A stretch of DNA of 64,000 nucleotides from Candidatus Freyarchaeum deiterrae (GTDB lineage Archaea > Asgardarchaeota > Jordiarchaeia > Jordiarchaeales > Jordiarchaeaceae). The notes below the pieces were generated by a model. It searched no databases. It was not told the DNA's origin and was given only the letters and a program-made list of their open reading frames with translations. The translations under genes were made by a program, and so were the position numbers. The stretch covers positions 320,001 through 384,000 of the forward strand of contig CP147778.1 of NCBI GenBank assembly GCA_037305845.1, given 5' to 3'. Positions 56,188 to 64,000 of the stretch are shown in pieces; positions within the stretch are counted from its first letter, which is position 1; the number at the start of each line of letters is the position of its first letter.

Positions 56188-57369
56188 TTGAGCGTTAAAT
56201 TGGCGGAAGGGGTTTACTGGGTTGGTGCTATAGATTGGAACCTGAGATACTGTGGGTCCTACCAAACACCGCTCGGTACCACATATAACGCGTATTTAAT
56301 TGTTGACAAAAAAATTGCTTTAATCGACGGCGTGAAACACACACACACCGCTGAAATGATTGAAAGAGTGAAAGAAATTGTCGACCCTCAAGACATCGAC
56401 TACCTGATTGTGAACCACGGAGAACCGGATCACGCTGGAAGCATCGAAGATATGCTCAAATTGGCTCCAAAAGCGGAAATAGTCTGTTCCAAAAGAGCCG
56501 AAGACTCACTTCCCGGATACTACAAAATCGACAGACCCTTAAAAATTGTCAAAACCGGCGACACGTTAAACATTGGAAAAAGGAACCTCGTATTCATAGA
56601 AGCACAGATGCTGCACTGGCCTGACAACATGATGACCTACCTGAAAGAAGACCACATACTATTCTCAAACGATCCCTTCGGACAGCACATAGCAACTACA
56701 GAGAGATTTGTGGATGACATTGGAGAGCAAATCGTAATGGATCACGCAGCCAGATACTACGCCCAAATCGTATTAATCTATTCTCAACTGGTTCTCAAAA
56801 AACTGGAGGAAGTTAAAAACCTAAAAGTCCCAATAGACATGATATGTCCGGCTCACGGTTTAATCTGGAAAGAGAAACCCGAGAGAATAATAAACGCCTA
56901 TGAAAAGTGGGCAAAGGGCGAGACAGAAAACAGAGCGGTTATACTCTACGACAGCATGTGGGGAAGCACGGACATGATGGCGAGAGAAATAGCCCGAGCA
57001 CTAATGGACAATGGAGTCCACGCCACAGTGTACCCTGTACGCTTCTCGGATTGGGGCCTCATGACAAGAGACGTTATGCTATCAAAGATTATCCTAATCG
57101 GATCCGCAACCCTAAACATGACCATGATGCCGGCATTGAGAGGATTCCTAGAATTCATGAAAGGACTAAGACCACCGGGCACAAAAATAGCAGCAGCCTT
57201 CGGATCATTCGGATGGGGCGGCGGAGCAGTAAAAAACATCATAGAAGTCCTAAAAGAAATGAAATTCGAAGTAGTGGAACCAGGACTACAATTCAAATGG
57301 GTTCCAACAGAAGAACAACTAAAAGAATGCTATGAATATGGAAAACAATTAGCCCAGAAAATCCAATAA
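56188..57369 (+). CDS. fprA: Flavodiiron protein (type A flavoprotein)
   Basis: GTTYNAY, NHGEPDHAG, LHWPD, ND, PAHG, YDSMWGST flavodoxin domain. Confidence 0.95.
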   Translation: MSVKLAEGVYWVGAIDWNLRYCGSYQTPLGTTYNAYLIVDKKIALIDGVKHTHTAEMIERVKEIVDPQDIDYLIVNHGEPDHAGSIEDMLKLAPKAEIVCSKRAEDSLPGYYKIDRPLKIVKTGDTLNIGKRNLVFIEAQMLHWPDNMMTYLKEDHILFSNDPFGQHIATTERFVDDIGEQIVMDHAARYYAQIVLIYSQLVLKKLEEVKNLKVPIDMICPAHGLIWKEKPERIINAYEKWAKGETENRAVILYDSMWGSTDMMAREIARALMDNGVHATVYPVRFSDWGLMTRDVMLSKIILIGSATLNMTMMPALRGFLEFMKGLRPPGTKIAAAFGSFGWGGGAVKNIIEVLKEMKFEVVEPGLQFKWVPTEEQLKECYEYGKQLAQKIQ

Positions 57370-57492
57370 CAGAAACAAACCGAAAAAACCTGCTCCAAAT
57401 AACTTTTTTTTACTTTATCCATTTATAGGAAGGCAAACTGCGAATTTCCGATGAGCGTGCCGCAAGAAAGAGTTTTGGGAAAGTTTTTAATT

Positions 57493-58161
57493 TTACTTCC
57501 CTATAGGGCATACCTTGATACAAATTCCGCAGAACAATTCACTTGTGTTTAATTGTTTTCCTATTTTTTTCAGATGGCTACCGCATTTTTCCTTATCGGT
57601 GTACCCAGTTTCAAGAGCGTTTACTGGACAAAAATTAATACACGCTTCGCATCCTTCACAAAAATTCTCATTCAAAGGCTCATCGCGGCTCAGAGGGGCG
57701 TTTGTTACAATAGAAACCAAACGTACTCTTGGCCCGTAATTTTTGGTAATCAAAAGATTGTTCTTTCCCAAACAACCGATTCCTGCAAGAACAGCAGCAT
57801 GGCGGTGGGAGAAATCCCCCCTATACTCATCAACATTGTAGGGTTGAGCAGTAGGTATGGGAACCGTTTCATATCCTTCACTCTCCAAGAACCACCCCAG
57901 GTGAAGCGCAATTATGTTTAGTTCATTGTTTACCATGAAATAATTTAAAAAATATTCTCTACTGGGAGCATTCCTTAAAACACCTTTTAAAAGAGGAATA
58001 GCCAGAACCACTACACTTTCTGCATCTTCCAAAATATCATTCGGCCTATAACCCTCGGGAGCTTCTCCGAATCTATCCGCTTCCGCAACTCCCACAATTT
58101 TAGCCCCTAAGTCTTGGGCAATTTTTTTAACTCTAACAGTCAACTCAGCATCTCTAATCAT
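57493..58161 (-). CDS. QueG/reductive dehalogenase-like 4Fe-4S protein
   Basis: SHRHAAVLAGIG.LGKN, YGPRVRL, CEGCEACINFCP, CGICIKVCP. Confidence 0.8.
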   Translation of the reverse strand: MIRDAELTVRVKKIAQDLGAKIVGVAEADRFGEAPEGYRPNDILEDAESVVVLAIPLLKGVLRNAPSREYFLNYFMVNNELNIIALHLGWFLESEGYETVPIPTAQPYNVDEYRGDFSHRHAAVLAGIGCLGKNNLLITKNYGPRVRLVSIVTNAPLSRDEPLNENFCEGCEACINFCPVNALETGYTDKEKCGSHLKKIGKQLNTSELFCGICIKVCPIGK

Positions 58162-58340
58162 TTTTCATTCACCACTAGTAAAATTTTAAGAGCACTTCCA
58201 AACATTAACTACTTAAGAATAGCACTCTTCTCTCCTTGATATTCTATCCATCAGCAAGTCAAAAAGAAATAATATAATTTAGTTCCTTCCCAAATATATC
58301 TCTGAGTGTGTTTTCGGATTTTATTGGTTTCTCTTTCTTG

Positions 58341-58784
58341 TTACTTTTTGCGTTCTTCCACGCGTAATTCCATGACAATGTGTCCCCAGCCGCCGCATTT
58401 CACTCCGACATCAATGCAACCTGCCCGCTTAAACCTCATTTCATTGGGATCAGTGCCCGCGTAGAGTAACTCATTTGCCGCGTAGATTAGCGGTTGAAGT
58501 GCGCCTAGGGCGTAGATGCAGATTCGCTTCGGGCAGAGCTTGGTTATCAGGCTGCCTGAGTCGAAGTAGAACTTGTCGCCCACCTTGTGCTGACTGTTAC
58601 ACCCGTGTGAATCCACCACCTCGGCAATGATCGTCTTATTCATTAAGACATCCGCCTTTGATAGAACATCCTCATTTCTCGGGTTTTCCCTAAATAGTTT
58701 CATTTCTTCGTCGGTGTAACCCATGCGTTCTTGGAAAAACTTCCATACTTCTTTAGTAACTTTCATTTTTTTGTTCACCTTCAT
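58341..58784 (-). CDS. Conserved hypothetical Cys-containing protein (TIGR04076-like)
   Basis: GCNSQHKVGDKFYF, ICIYAL, GCIDVG. Confidence 0.6.
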   Translation of the reverse strand: MKVNKKMKVTKEVWKFFQERMGYTDEEMKLFRENPRNEDVLSKADVLMNKTIIAEVVDSHGCNSQHKVGDKFYFDSGSLITKLCPKRICIYALGALQPLIYAANELLYAGTDPNEMRFKRAGCIDVGVKCGGWGHIVMELRVEERKK

Positions 58785-59061
58785 TCAGAATTTATCTCGA
58801 AAACTCGTTCGCTACTCATTTACAACGTAGGAGAATAGGTCAAACTTTTTTACCATATTCTAGATCAACTCCCTGATTTCCAAGATTCCTTCAATCCGTC
58901 ATAAATGATAGCTTCGGTCATATCCTTGACTTCTTATCAAGTCGAATTGACGATTTCTTGCCTCACATATAACTTTGTTGAATTTACAATAGGTACACTA
59001 AGTTCCCCATTAGCGCATTTACACGAAAAAATAGGAGGGTTGAAGATAGTTCCAATCAAAA

Positions 59062-59811
59062 TCAAAGGCCTGGGAACGGCGGCGGCATCGCTAGAGCTGT
59101 AGGAACAGGATATTTAACGAATCTTTGGCCCTTCATTCCGGAAACGATTTCTTCTGCTTTAGCTGCGGGAATTGCGAAAAGCATTTCGTTGTCGTGGCTT
59201 AGTGCAAAAGCGCGGTCACCAGCTCCCAGTATTGCTACTTGGCATTCGCCAGTGTTGAATGCGCGTATGATTCCTCCGGTGCAGGAACCAGCAAGTCCTA
59301 GCATTTCGATTTTCAATTTCTTACCTTCTTTATATGTTGCTCCCTGAATGAGTCGCATGATCTGGGCGGGATTTCCGTAAACTAGAATGACGTCTGGAGC
59401 AATTTTTGTTCGTGTTAGGGGGGAGATAACCACTCCTTTATACTTGCCTGGTTTTAAATGGTCCATGTTCTCGAGGAGTGTTTTTGCTGCAGCCTCATTG
59501 GAAACGTGTCCCGCTTCTAAAAATTCCTTTTGCATCATGGATTCGTCAAAAATTTTTATCCAACCGTAGTTTAGACTCGCTGCCGGACATCCGCTATCTT
59601 TTTCGGTTATTCCCATTGTGGAACCTGTTCTGCGGCTTAGGGTTAAACCCTGGCAGACAGCTATTTTTTGTTCTGGTCTTCTCGTTCCCTCTGGAAATTC
59701 GGACTCATCCTTCACTAATTTTACTGCTAGTGGATAGGTTTGAAGTCTAAGTAATTCCTCTAATGACTTTCCAATATCTCTCCAATTTTCCATTTTCTTA
59801 TTCGTACTCAA
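59062..59811 (-). CDS. DUF169 family protein
   Basis: LRLQTYPLAVK, VCQ, PDVILVYGNPAQIMRL, GSC, GDR. Confidence 0.85.
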   Translation of the reverse strand: MSTNKKMENWRDIGKSLEELLRLQTYPLAVKLVKDESEFPEGTRRPEQKIAVCQGLTLSRRTGSTMGITEKDSGCPAASLNYGWIKIFDESMMQKEFLEAGHVSNEAAAKTLLENMDHLKPGKYKGVVISPLTRTKIAPDVILVYGNPAQIMRLIQGATYKEGKKLKIEMLGLAGSCTGGIIRAFNTGECQVAILGAGDRAFALSHDNEMLFAIPAAKAEEIVSGMKGQRFVKYPVPTALAMPPPFPGL

Positions 59812-59861
59812 AAAAGATCACGACCTATTTGAACTTTATTTTCATTTTCTGCCATTCTCAC

Positions 59862-59888
59862 ACTTCCTTAAAGTTACTTTTAGTAAGT
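59862..59888. promoter_or_regulatory. Tandem ACTT-N5-AAGT boxes, candidate operator for the adjacent HxlR regulator
   Basis: ACTTccttaAAGT (59862-59874) and ACTTttagtAAGT (59876-59888) in the divergent promoter. Confidence 0.55.
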
Positions 59889-59955
59889 TACTTATAATTT
59901 ATCAGTCAATATATTTAGGTAATACTTAAATATTTTGTAACCCCTTTGTAACTAG

Positions 59956-60354
59956 GTGACCTTCTTGGTGCGTATTTATAAATGTCCAATTTCAACAGCG
60001 TTGGAATACATTGGGAAAAAATGGACATTTGAAATAGTTCGAGACTTGTTTTTTGGTAAAATACATTTTAATGAGTTTCTCGAGTCAAACCCAAATTTGA
60101 GCGGTAAAGTATTATCTGAGCGTTTAAAGGAATTGAGAGATGATGGTATTATTGAAAAAAAAGTTTCAAACACTTTTCCTGTTTCTGTAGAATATGAATT
60201 AACTCCAAAAGGAAGAGCATTAAATAAAATATTATACGAATTAGCTGTTTTCGCAATGAACTTTTGTGAAGAGTTTAATGAAGCTAAGAAGGATAATTCC
60301 TCTTGTGTACTAGTATTAGACACTCTGAAAAAAGCACTAAATATTCAAGAGTAA
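59956..60354 (+). CDS. HxlR/DUF24 (MarR-type) transcriptional regulator
   Basis: CPI..ALEYIGKKW, LSERLKEL, VEYELTPKG. Confidence 0.92.
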   Translation: MTFLVRIYKCPISTALEYIGKKWTFEIVRDLFFGKIHFNEFLESNPNLSGKVLSERLKELRDDGIIEKKVSNTFPVSVEYELTPKGRALNKILYELAVFAMNFCEEFNEAKKDNSSCVLVLDTLKKALNIQE

Positions 60355-60823
60355 AATTTTATGCACACGCTTATTATATTGGATTAAATCTTGATTCTTT
60401 ATTTAACATGTTTGTTTAGAACATTCTTTTTTATTTTCCATTTTCAAAAAAATATTTGAATGAGAGATTATTCTGCCTCTTTTGCCTTATCAAACAGTTT
60501 TACCAATTTGACCAATTAAAAGCAGGTTAGGAACCGATTCCGCAAATTCAATCTCAGAATCGACACTCAGCTCCTCTCTAAGTCTGAGCTTTTTTCAAAC
60601 TCCTTTTTGTATTTCTCGATATCCTTCACCCTAGACTTGTTGATTTAGGTTGAGAAATTTCTCAAAAGTGTTATATGGAATTTATGTACTTTGATATTAA
60701 ACATTCTAAACTTTTTAAACGAATATGATTAGTCCATAATCTAATTTCGATAAGGAAGAAAAATTGAGGTTTAGAAATATTAGGAGGATATAGGCGCATT
60801 CTAAAATTAAAAAGGGTGATTAG

Positions 60824-61261
60824 ATGTCGGAAAAAAAGACTGTGGAAAAGATTATAGATGTGGAGCTTAAATGGAAGGGCAATTTGAAATTTGATGTCAA
60901 AATACGCGGCACTCACGAACTTTTTGTTGACGATTCAGCAGAAGCTGAGGTCTTGGATGAGGGGCCCGCCCCTTCTGATCTTCTCGCAGCAGCCGTTGGG
61001 GCTTGTCTTTCTTCCTCATTTACCTTTTGCATGAGTAAAGCGAGAGCAGAGTTAACGGATCTGACTACTATTGCCAAGGCAGAAGTATCGCGTGTTGAGG
61101 GCCGTTTAAGAGTTACCGGTATAGATGTGACTCTTAATCCCAAGTTTGCGGAGGTCGATGATAAAAAATTGGAGCGTTGCAAAGCGATATTCAGGAATTA
61201 TTGCACCGTCACAGAATCTGTTACTAAGGGAATCCCTGTAAATGTTACCGTGAACACCTAA
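60824..61261 (+). CDS. OsmC/Ohr family protein
   Basis: GPAPSDLLAAAVGAC and YCTVTES cysteine pair. Confidence 0.88.
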   Translation: MSEKKTVEKIIDVELKWKGNLKFDVKIRGTHELFVDDSAEAEVLDEGPAPSDLLAAAVGACLSSSFTFCMSKARAELTDLTTIAKAEVSRVEGRLRVTGIDVTLNPKFAEVDDKKLERCKAIFRNYCTVTESVTKGIPVNVTVNT

Positions 61262-61823
61262 AATTGAGTAAATTCGGCTGCAAAGTATGAATTATGCCTT
61301 TGGTTTTAGGTGCAACGCATTTCAGAGATCTTTTATGCCTTCAACAAGAGTATAGCTGGTGGCTCACTCTCTACGAGTAATCTTAGACTATGTGGTGAAA
61401 GGTATTAGTTTCGGAATCTTACTCCTTCAGTTTTTTGCTCATTCTCTCTCCTAAATTTTTATTTAGTTTAGGATAAGTACATACTCTAAGAAAAAGTATG
61501 AAGCGTAAGCTTTTTGACAAAATTAGTTTAACTATTTTTATTAAAGGATCTGTCCGCCGGTGGTTTAAACAGAAGGAGAAGGAGCAGTTTAGCTCTCCCA
61601 GAAAGAGAAACCCACCTCCCCCCAGTGCTTTTAAAAGAATGATTTATCTCGATCAGACTTTAAAGGGTTTGATTACTTACATAATTATAGAAGGCATTCC
61701 CGGAAGCTTTCGCAGACGGGATAGAGGGTGTAGAGCTTCACCCAGCGAGAACGGAACGGATTTCAAAGTTCTAGCAAAGGGAACTTGAAGAATATACAAT
61801 TTTTGTCCCAAAGCCTGAAGCGT

Positions 61824-61850
61824 AGAACGCCTTCAAAAGGAAGGCGTTCT
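61824..61850. terminator. 11-bp perfect stem-loop
   Basis: AGAACGCCTTC-AAAAG-GAAGGCGTTCT, 3 nt beyond the stop of the 50-aa ORF. Confidence 0.55.
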
Positions 61851-61853
61851 TTC

Positions 61854-62006
61854 TTATACGCGTTTAATTATTTCTATTTCGGCGTAGGTACTTATCTCTT
61901 TATGCTTTTTCTCGAAATCTTTTAGTAAAGCCTTGATTTTGTTTTCTAATTCGTCTTGTTCACTTTCGGGTATGAACTCAACTCTGGCTAATACGACTTC
62001 TGGCAT
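61854..62006 (-). CDS. Small 50-aa protein missing from the ORF track
   Basis: MPEVVLARVEFIPESEQDELENKIKALLKDFEKKHKEISTYAEIEIIKRV*; GAGGGA upstream; hairpin downstream. Confidence 0.65.
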   Translation of the reverse strand: MPEVVLARVEFIPESEQDELENKIKALLKDFEKKHKEISTYAEIEIIKRV

Positions 62007-62178
62007 CTTTAATCCCTCACACGTTTTAGAGCATGTTTTTATTTAAATTTTTCCAAGTAATCCAGCAACATTCTTAAACTGTTTTGAGAGCTTTAAAAAC
62101 TAAAGTGTGATGGAAACCCAAAAAAAATTTAATAGGTTGAAATTATAAATAGTCTGAAGGTCATGGGAGGTAAATAGT

Positions 62179-63102
62179 GTGCCGGATCTAGTTACAGTAG
62201 GGCATATCTTAATGGATATCCGATTCTTTGTGGATAAATTTCCCCAACCAGATGCGGAAGCGAAAACTGACAAGTTGAGTTTAGGTGGTGGAGGATCTGC
62301 TGCTAACGTCGCCGTTAGTGCCTCACGGCTAGGGGTAAAATCTGGATTTATCGGTACTGTTGGCTTTGACTCATATGGGCGAACTCTTTTAGGTGAACTT
62401 GAACGTGAGGGTGTCGACGTATCTTGTGTTAAGATTGATACGACCACTAACTCGGGTATAACCTGCATAGCTATTAATGAACAAGGGCAAGTACTGATGT
62501 TTGGATACGTGGGGGCAAGCGATAAGCTATATCCTGAAGATCTTAAAAAAGAGTATATATCTTCCGCCAAACATTTACACATCACTGGTCTTTCATTTGA
62601 AACAGCACTGGCAGCTGCGAAAATAGCTAGCAAAGCAAAGATTGTAGTGTCCTTCGACCCCGGGAGGCTTATGTCCGGTCTCGGATTGAAGAAGGTCTCA
62701 CCTCTCCTAAAGGAGGTTAATCAAATTCTGTTAAATCATGAGGAAGCAAAAGCGCTAAGTGGTGAATCTAACCTAGAGGATGCGGGGAGTATCCTTCTCA
62801 AAAATGGACCGAAAGTTGCTGTAATAAAGAGGGGAGGCGATGGTGTGCTTGTTATGACTCAAGATAGCAAGTTTAGCGTCCCCGCTCCTCACGTAAAGGT
62901 TGTGGACACAACAGGAGCGGGTGACTCATTCTCTGGAGGTTTTATCACGGCTCAATTAGAGGGTGAGAGTTTAGAAGACTCAGTTAAATTTGCCAGCGCC
63001 ACAGCAGGGTTAAAAATCACCAAAATGGGTGCAAGAGCATTACCAACACGGACTGAGGTTGAAAGATTCCTAAAGGCCCACGACCATGGAAGTTTAATAT
63101 AA
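62179..63102 (+). CDS. PfkB/ribokinase family carbohydrate kinase
   Basis: GGSAANVAV, VGFDSYG, SFDP, NHEE, VDTTGAGDSF. Confidence 0.93.
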   Translation: MPDLVTVGHILMDIRFFVDKFPQPDAEAKTDKLSLGGGGSAANVAVSASRLGVKSGFIGTVGFDSYGRTLLGELEREGVDVSCVKIDTTTNSGITCIAINEQGQVLMFGYVGASDKLYPEDLKKEYISSAKHLHITGLSFETALAAAKIASKAKIVVSFDPGRLMSGLGLKKVSPLLKEVNQILLNHEEAKALSGESNLEDAGSILLKNGPKVAVIKRGGDGVLVMTQDSKFSVPAPHVKVVDTTGAGDSFSGGFITAQLEGESLEDSVKFASATAGLKITKMGARALPTRTEVERFLKAHDHGSLI

Positions 63103-63123
63103 GAAAGAAAGGAGGCATGAAAC

Positions 63124-64000
63124 ATTAAGCTAATTTACATAGTTATAGACGGTATGGGTGACTTACCAACAGAAGAATTTGCAAACGAAACCCCACTTGA
63201 GGCTGCTGAAACACCTAACATGGATTCTCTTGCGAAAAAAGGTAAAACGGGAATGATGTACACTATTGGAAAGGGCATCGCTCCGGAAAGTGATGTGGCT
63301 GTTATCTCAATTTTAGGATACGACCCATTCAAGTATAGTACTGGAAGAGGGGTTCTTGAAGCCGTAGGTTCGGATATGAAGATGAAAGACGGCGACCTCG
63401 CCCTGAGGTGCAACTTTGCCACACTAGGTCATGGGAAGGAAATTATTGATCGAAGAGCGGGGAGAGATTTACTCACCGAAGAGGCTAATGAGCTAAGTAA
63501 AACCATAAACAGGGTTATCAAATTGGAATCATACCCTACGGATTTTGAGTTCAAAAGTACTATAGGGCATAGGGGAGTTTTGGTCATAAGAAGCAGGAAG
63601 AGCCCTCTCTCAAGTAACATATCGAACACCGACCCCGCCTATTCTAAGGTGGAGGGGCTAGGAGTAGCCAAAGCAAATGTGGAAATGGTTCTTAAAAAAT
63701 GCGAGCCTATGGATAAAACTGAGGAAGCGAATACATCCGCAAAACTGGTAAACGAGTTCACTGAGAAAAGCCATAAGGTTTTGGATGAAGATAAGATAAA
63801 CAAAAAACGTGCTGCAGAGGGAAAATTAAAAGCAAACGTAATACTCTCCAGGGACGCCGGACACCTTTTACCAAAATTCTACAACATTAGTGAGAAGTAT
63901 GGTGTACGATTCATTTCTCTCACAGACATGCCTGTCGAAAGAGGTATATCCAAACTAGCGGGCATGGAAATGACTGTGCTACCTCCCCCCTCAGGAGCCC
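63124..64000 (+). CDS. apgM: Cofactor-independent phosphoglycerate mutase, archaeal type; runs off window; probable ATT start
   Basis: Manual translation IKLIYIVIDGMGD...TPLEAAETPNMD...APESDVA..SILGYDP...GRG.LEA...LRCNFAT...DRRAGR. Confidence 0.88.
   Translation, partial: MKLIYIVIDGMGDLPTEEFANETPLEAAETPNMDSLAKKGKTGMMYTIGKGIAPESDVAVISILGYDPFKYSTGRGVLEAVGSDMKMKDGDLALRCNFATLGHGKEIIDRRAGRDLLTEEANELSKTINRVIKLESYPTDFEFKSTIGHRGVLVIRSRKSPLSSNISNTDPAYSKVEGLGVAKANVEMVLKKCEPMDKTEEANTSAKLVNEFTEKSHKVLDEDKINKKRAAEGKLKANVILSRDAGHLLPKFYNISEKYGVRFISLTDMPVERGISKLAGMEMTVLPPPSGA

Noticed and set aside
61498-61788. 96-aa ORF in the track
   Set aside because: No recognisable motif or ribosome-binding site; overlaps the hairpin-rich segment
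63135-63629. Two minus-strand ORFs in the track
   Set aside because: Antisense to apgM, which the track missed because it lacks a canonical start and runs off the window

Overview
Archaeal chromosomal window, most likely from an Asgard archaeon. This is an inference from a longin-small GTPase fusion, RING-bearing membrane proteins, form III RuBisCO, WtpABC, archaeal TATA boxes and many TTG/GTG starts; the class cannot be fixed from this window. Most genes are metabolic or redox: acyl-CoA ligase, two ADP-forming acyl-CoA synthetase alpha subunits, tungstate/molybdate ABC transporter, three tandem flavodoxins, FprA, SdhAB, Kce, PpaC, PfkB kinase and ApgM. No rRNA, tRNA, CRISPR array or intact mobile element was seen. 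The two strongest candidates for undescribed systems are (1) two paralogous receptor-like membrane proteins with a variable beta-helix ectodomain and a cytoplasmic zinc ribbon plus RING-like finger (25941-31013, 44676-48650), and (2) a three-gene operon encoding a STAND-type ATPase with a SNAP-like TPR tail, a 770-aa hendecad coiled coil, and a TrmB-like protein with ~980 aa of coiled coil inserted (11230-18809). Also notable: a SIRT6/7-like sirtuin, a DsbA gene split at a C_CCA_AAC slippery site, a probable ATT start codon for apgM, and several duplication or recombination scars. All family assignments come from motifs read by eye; no database searches were run.
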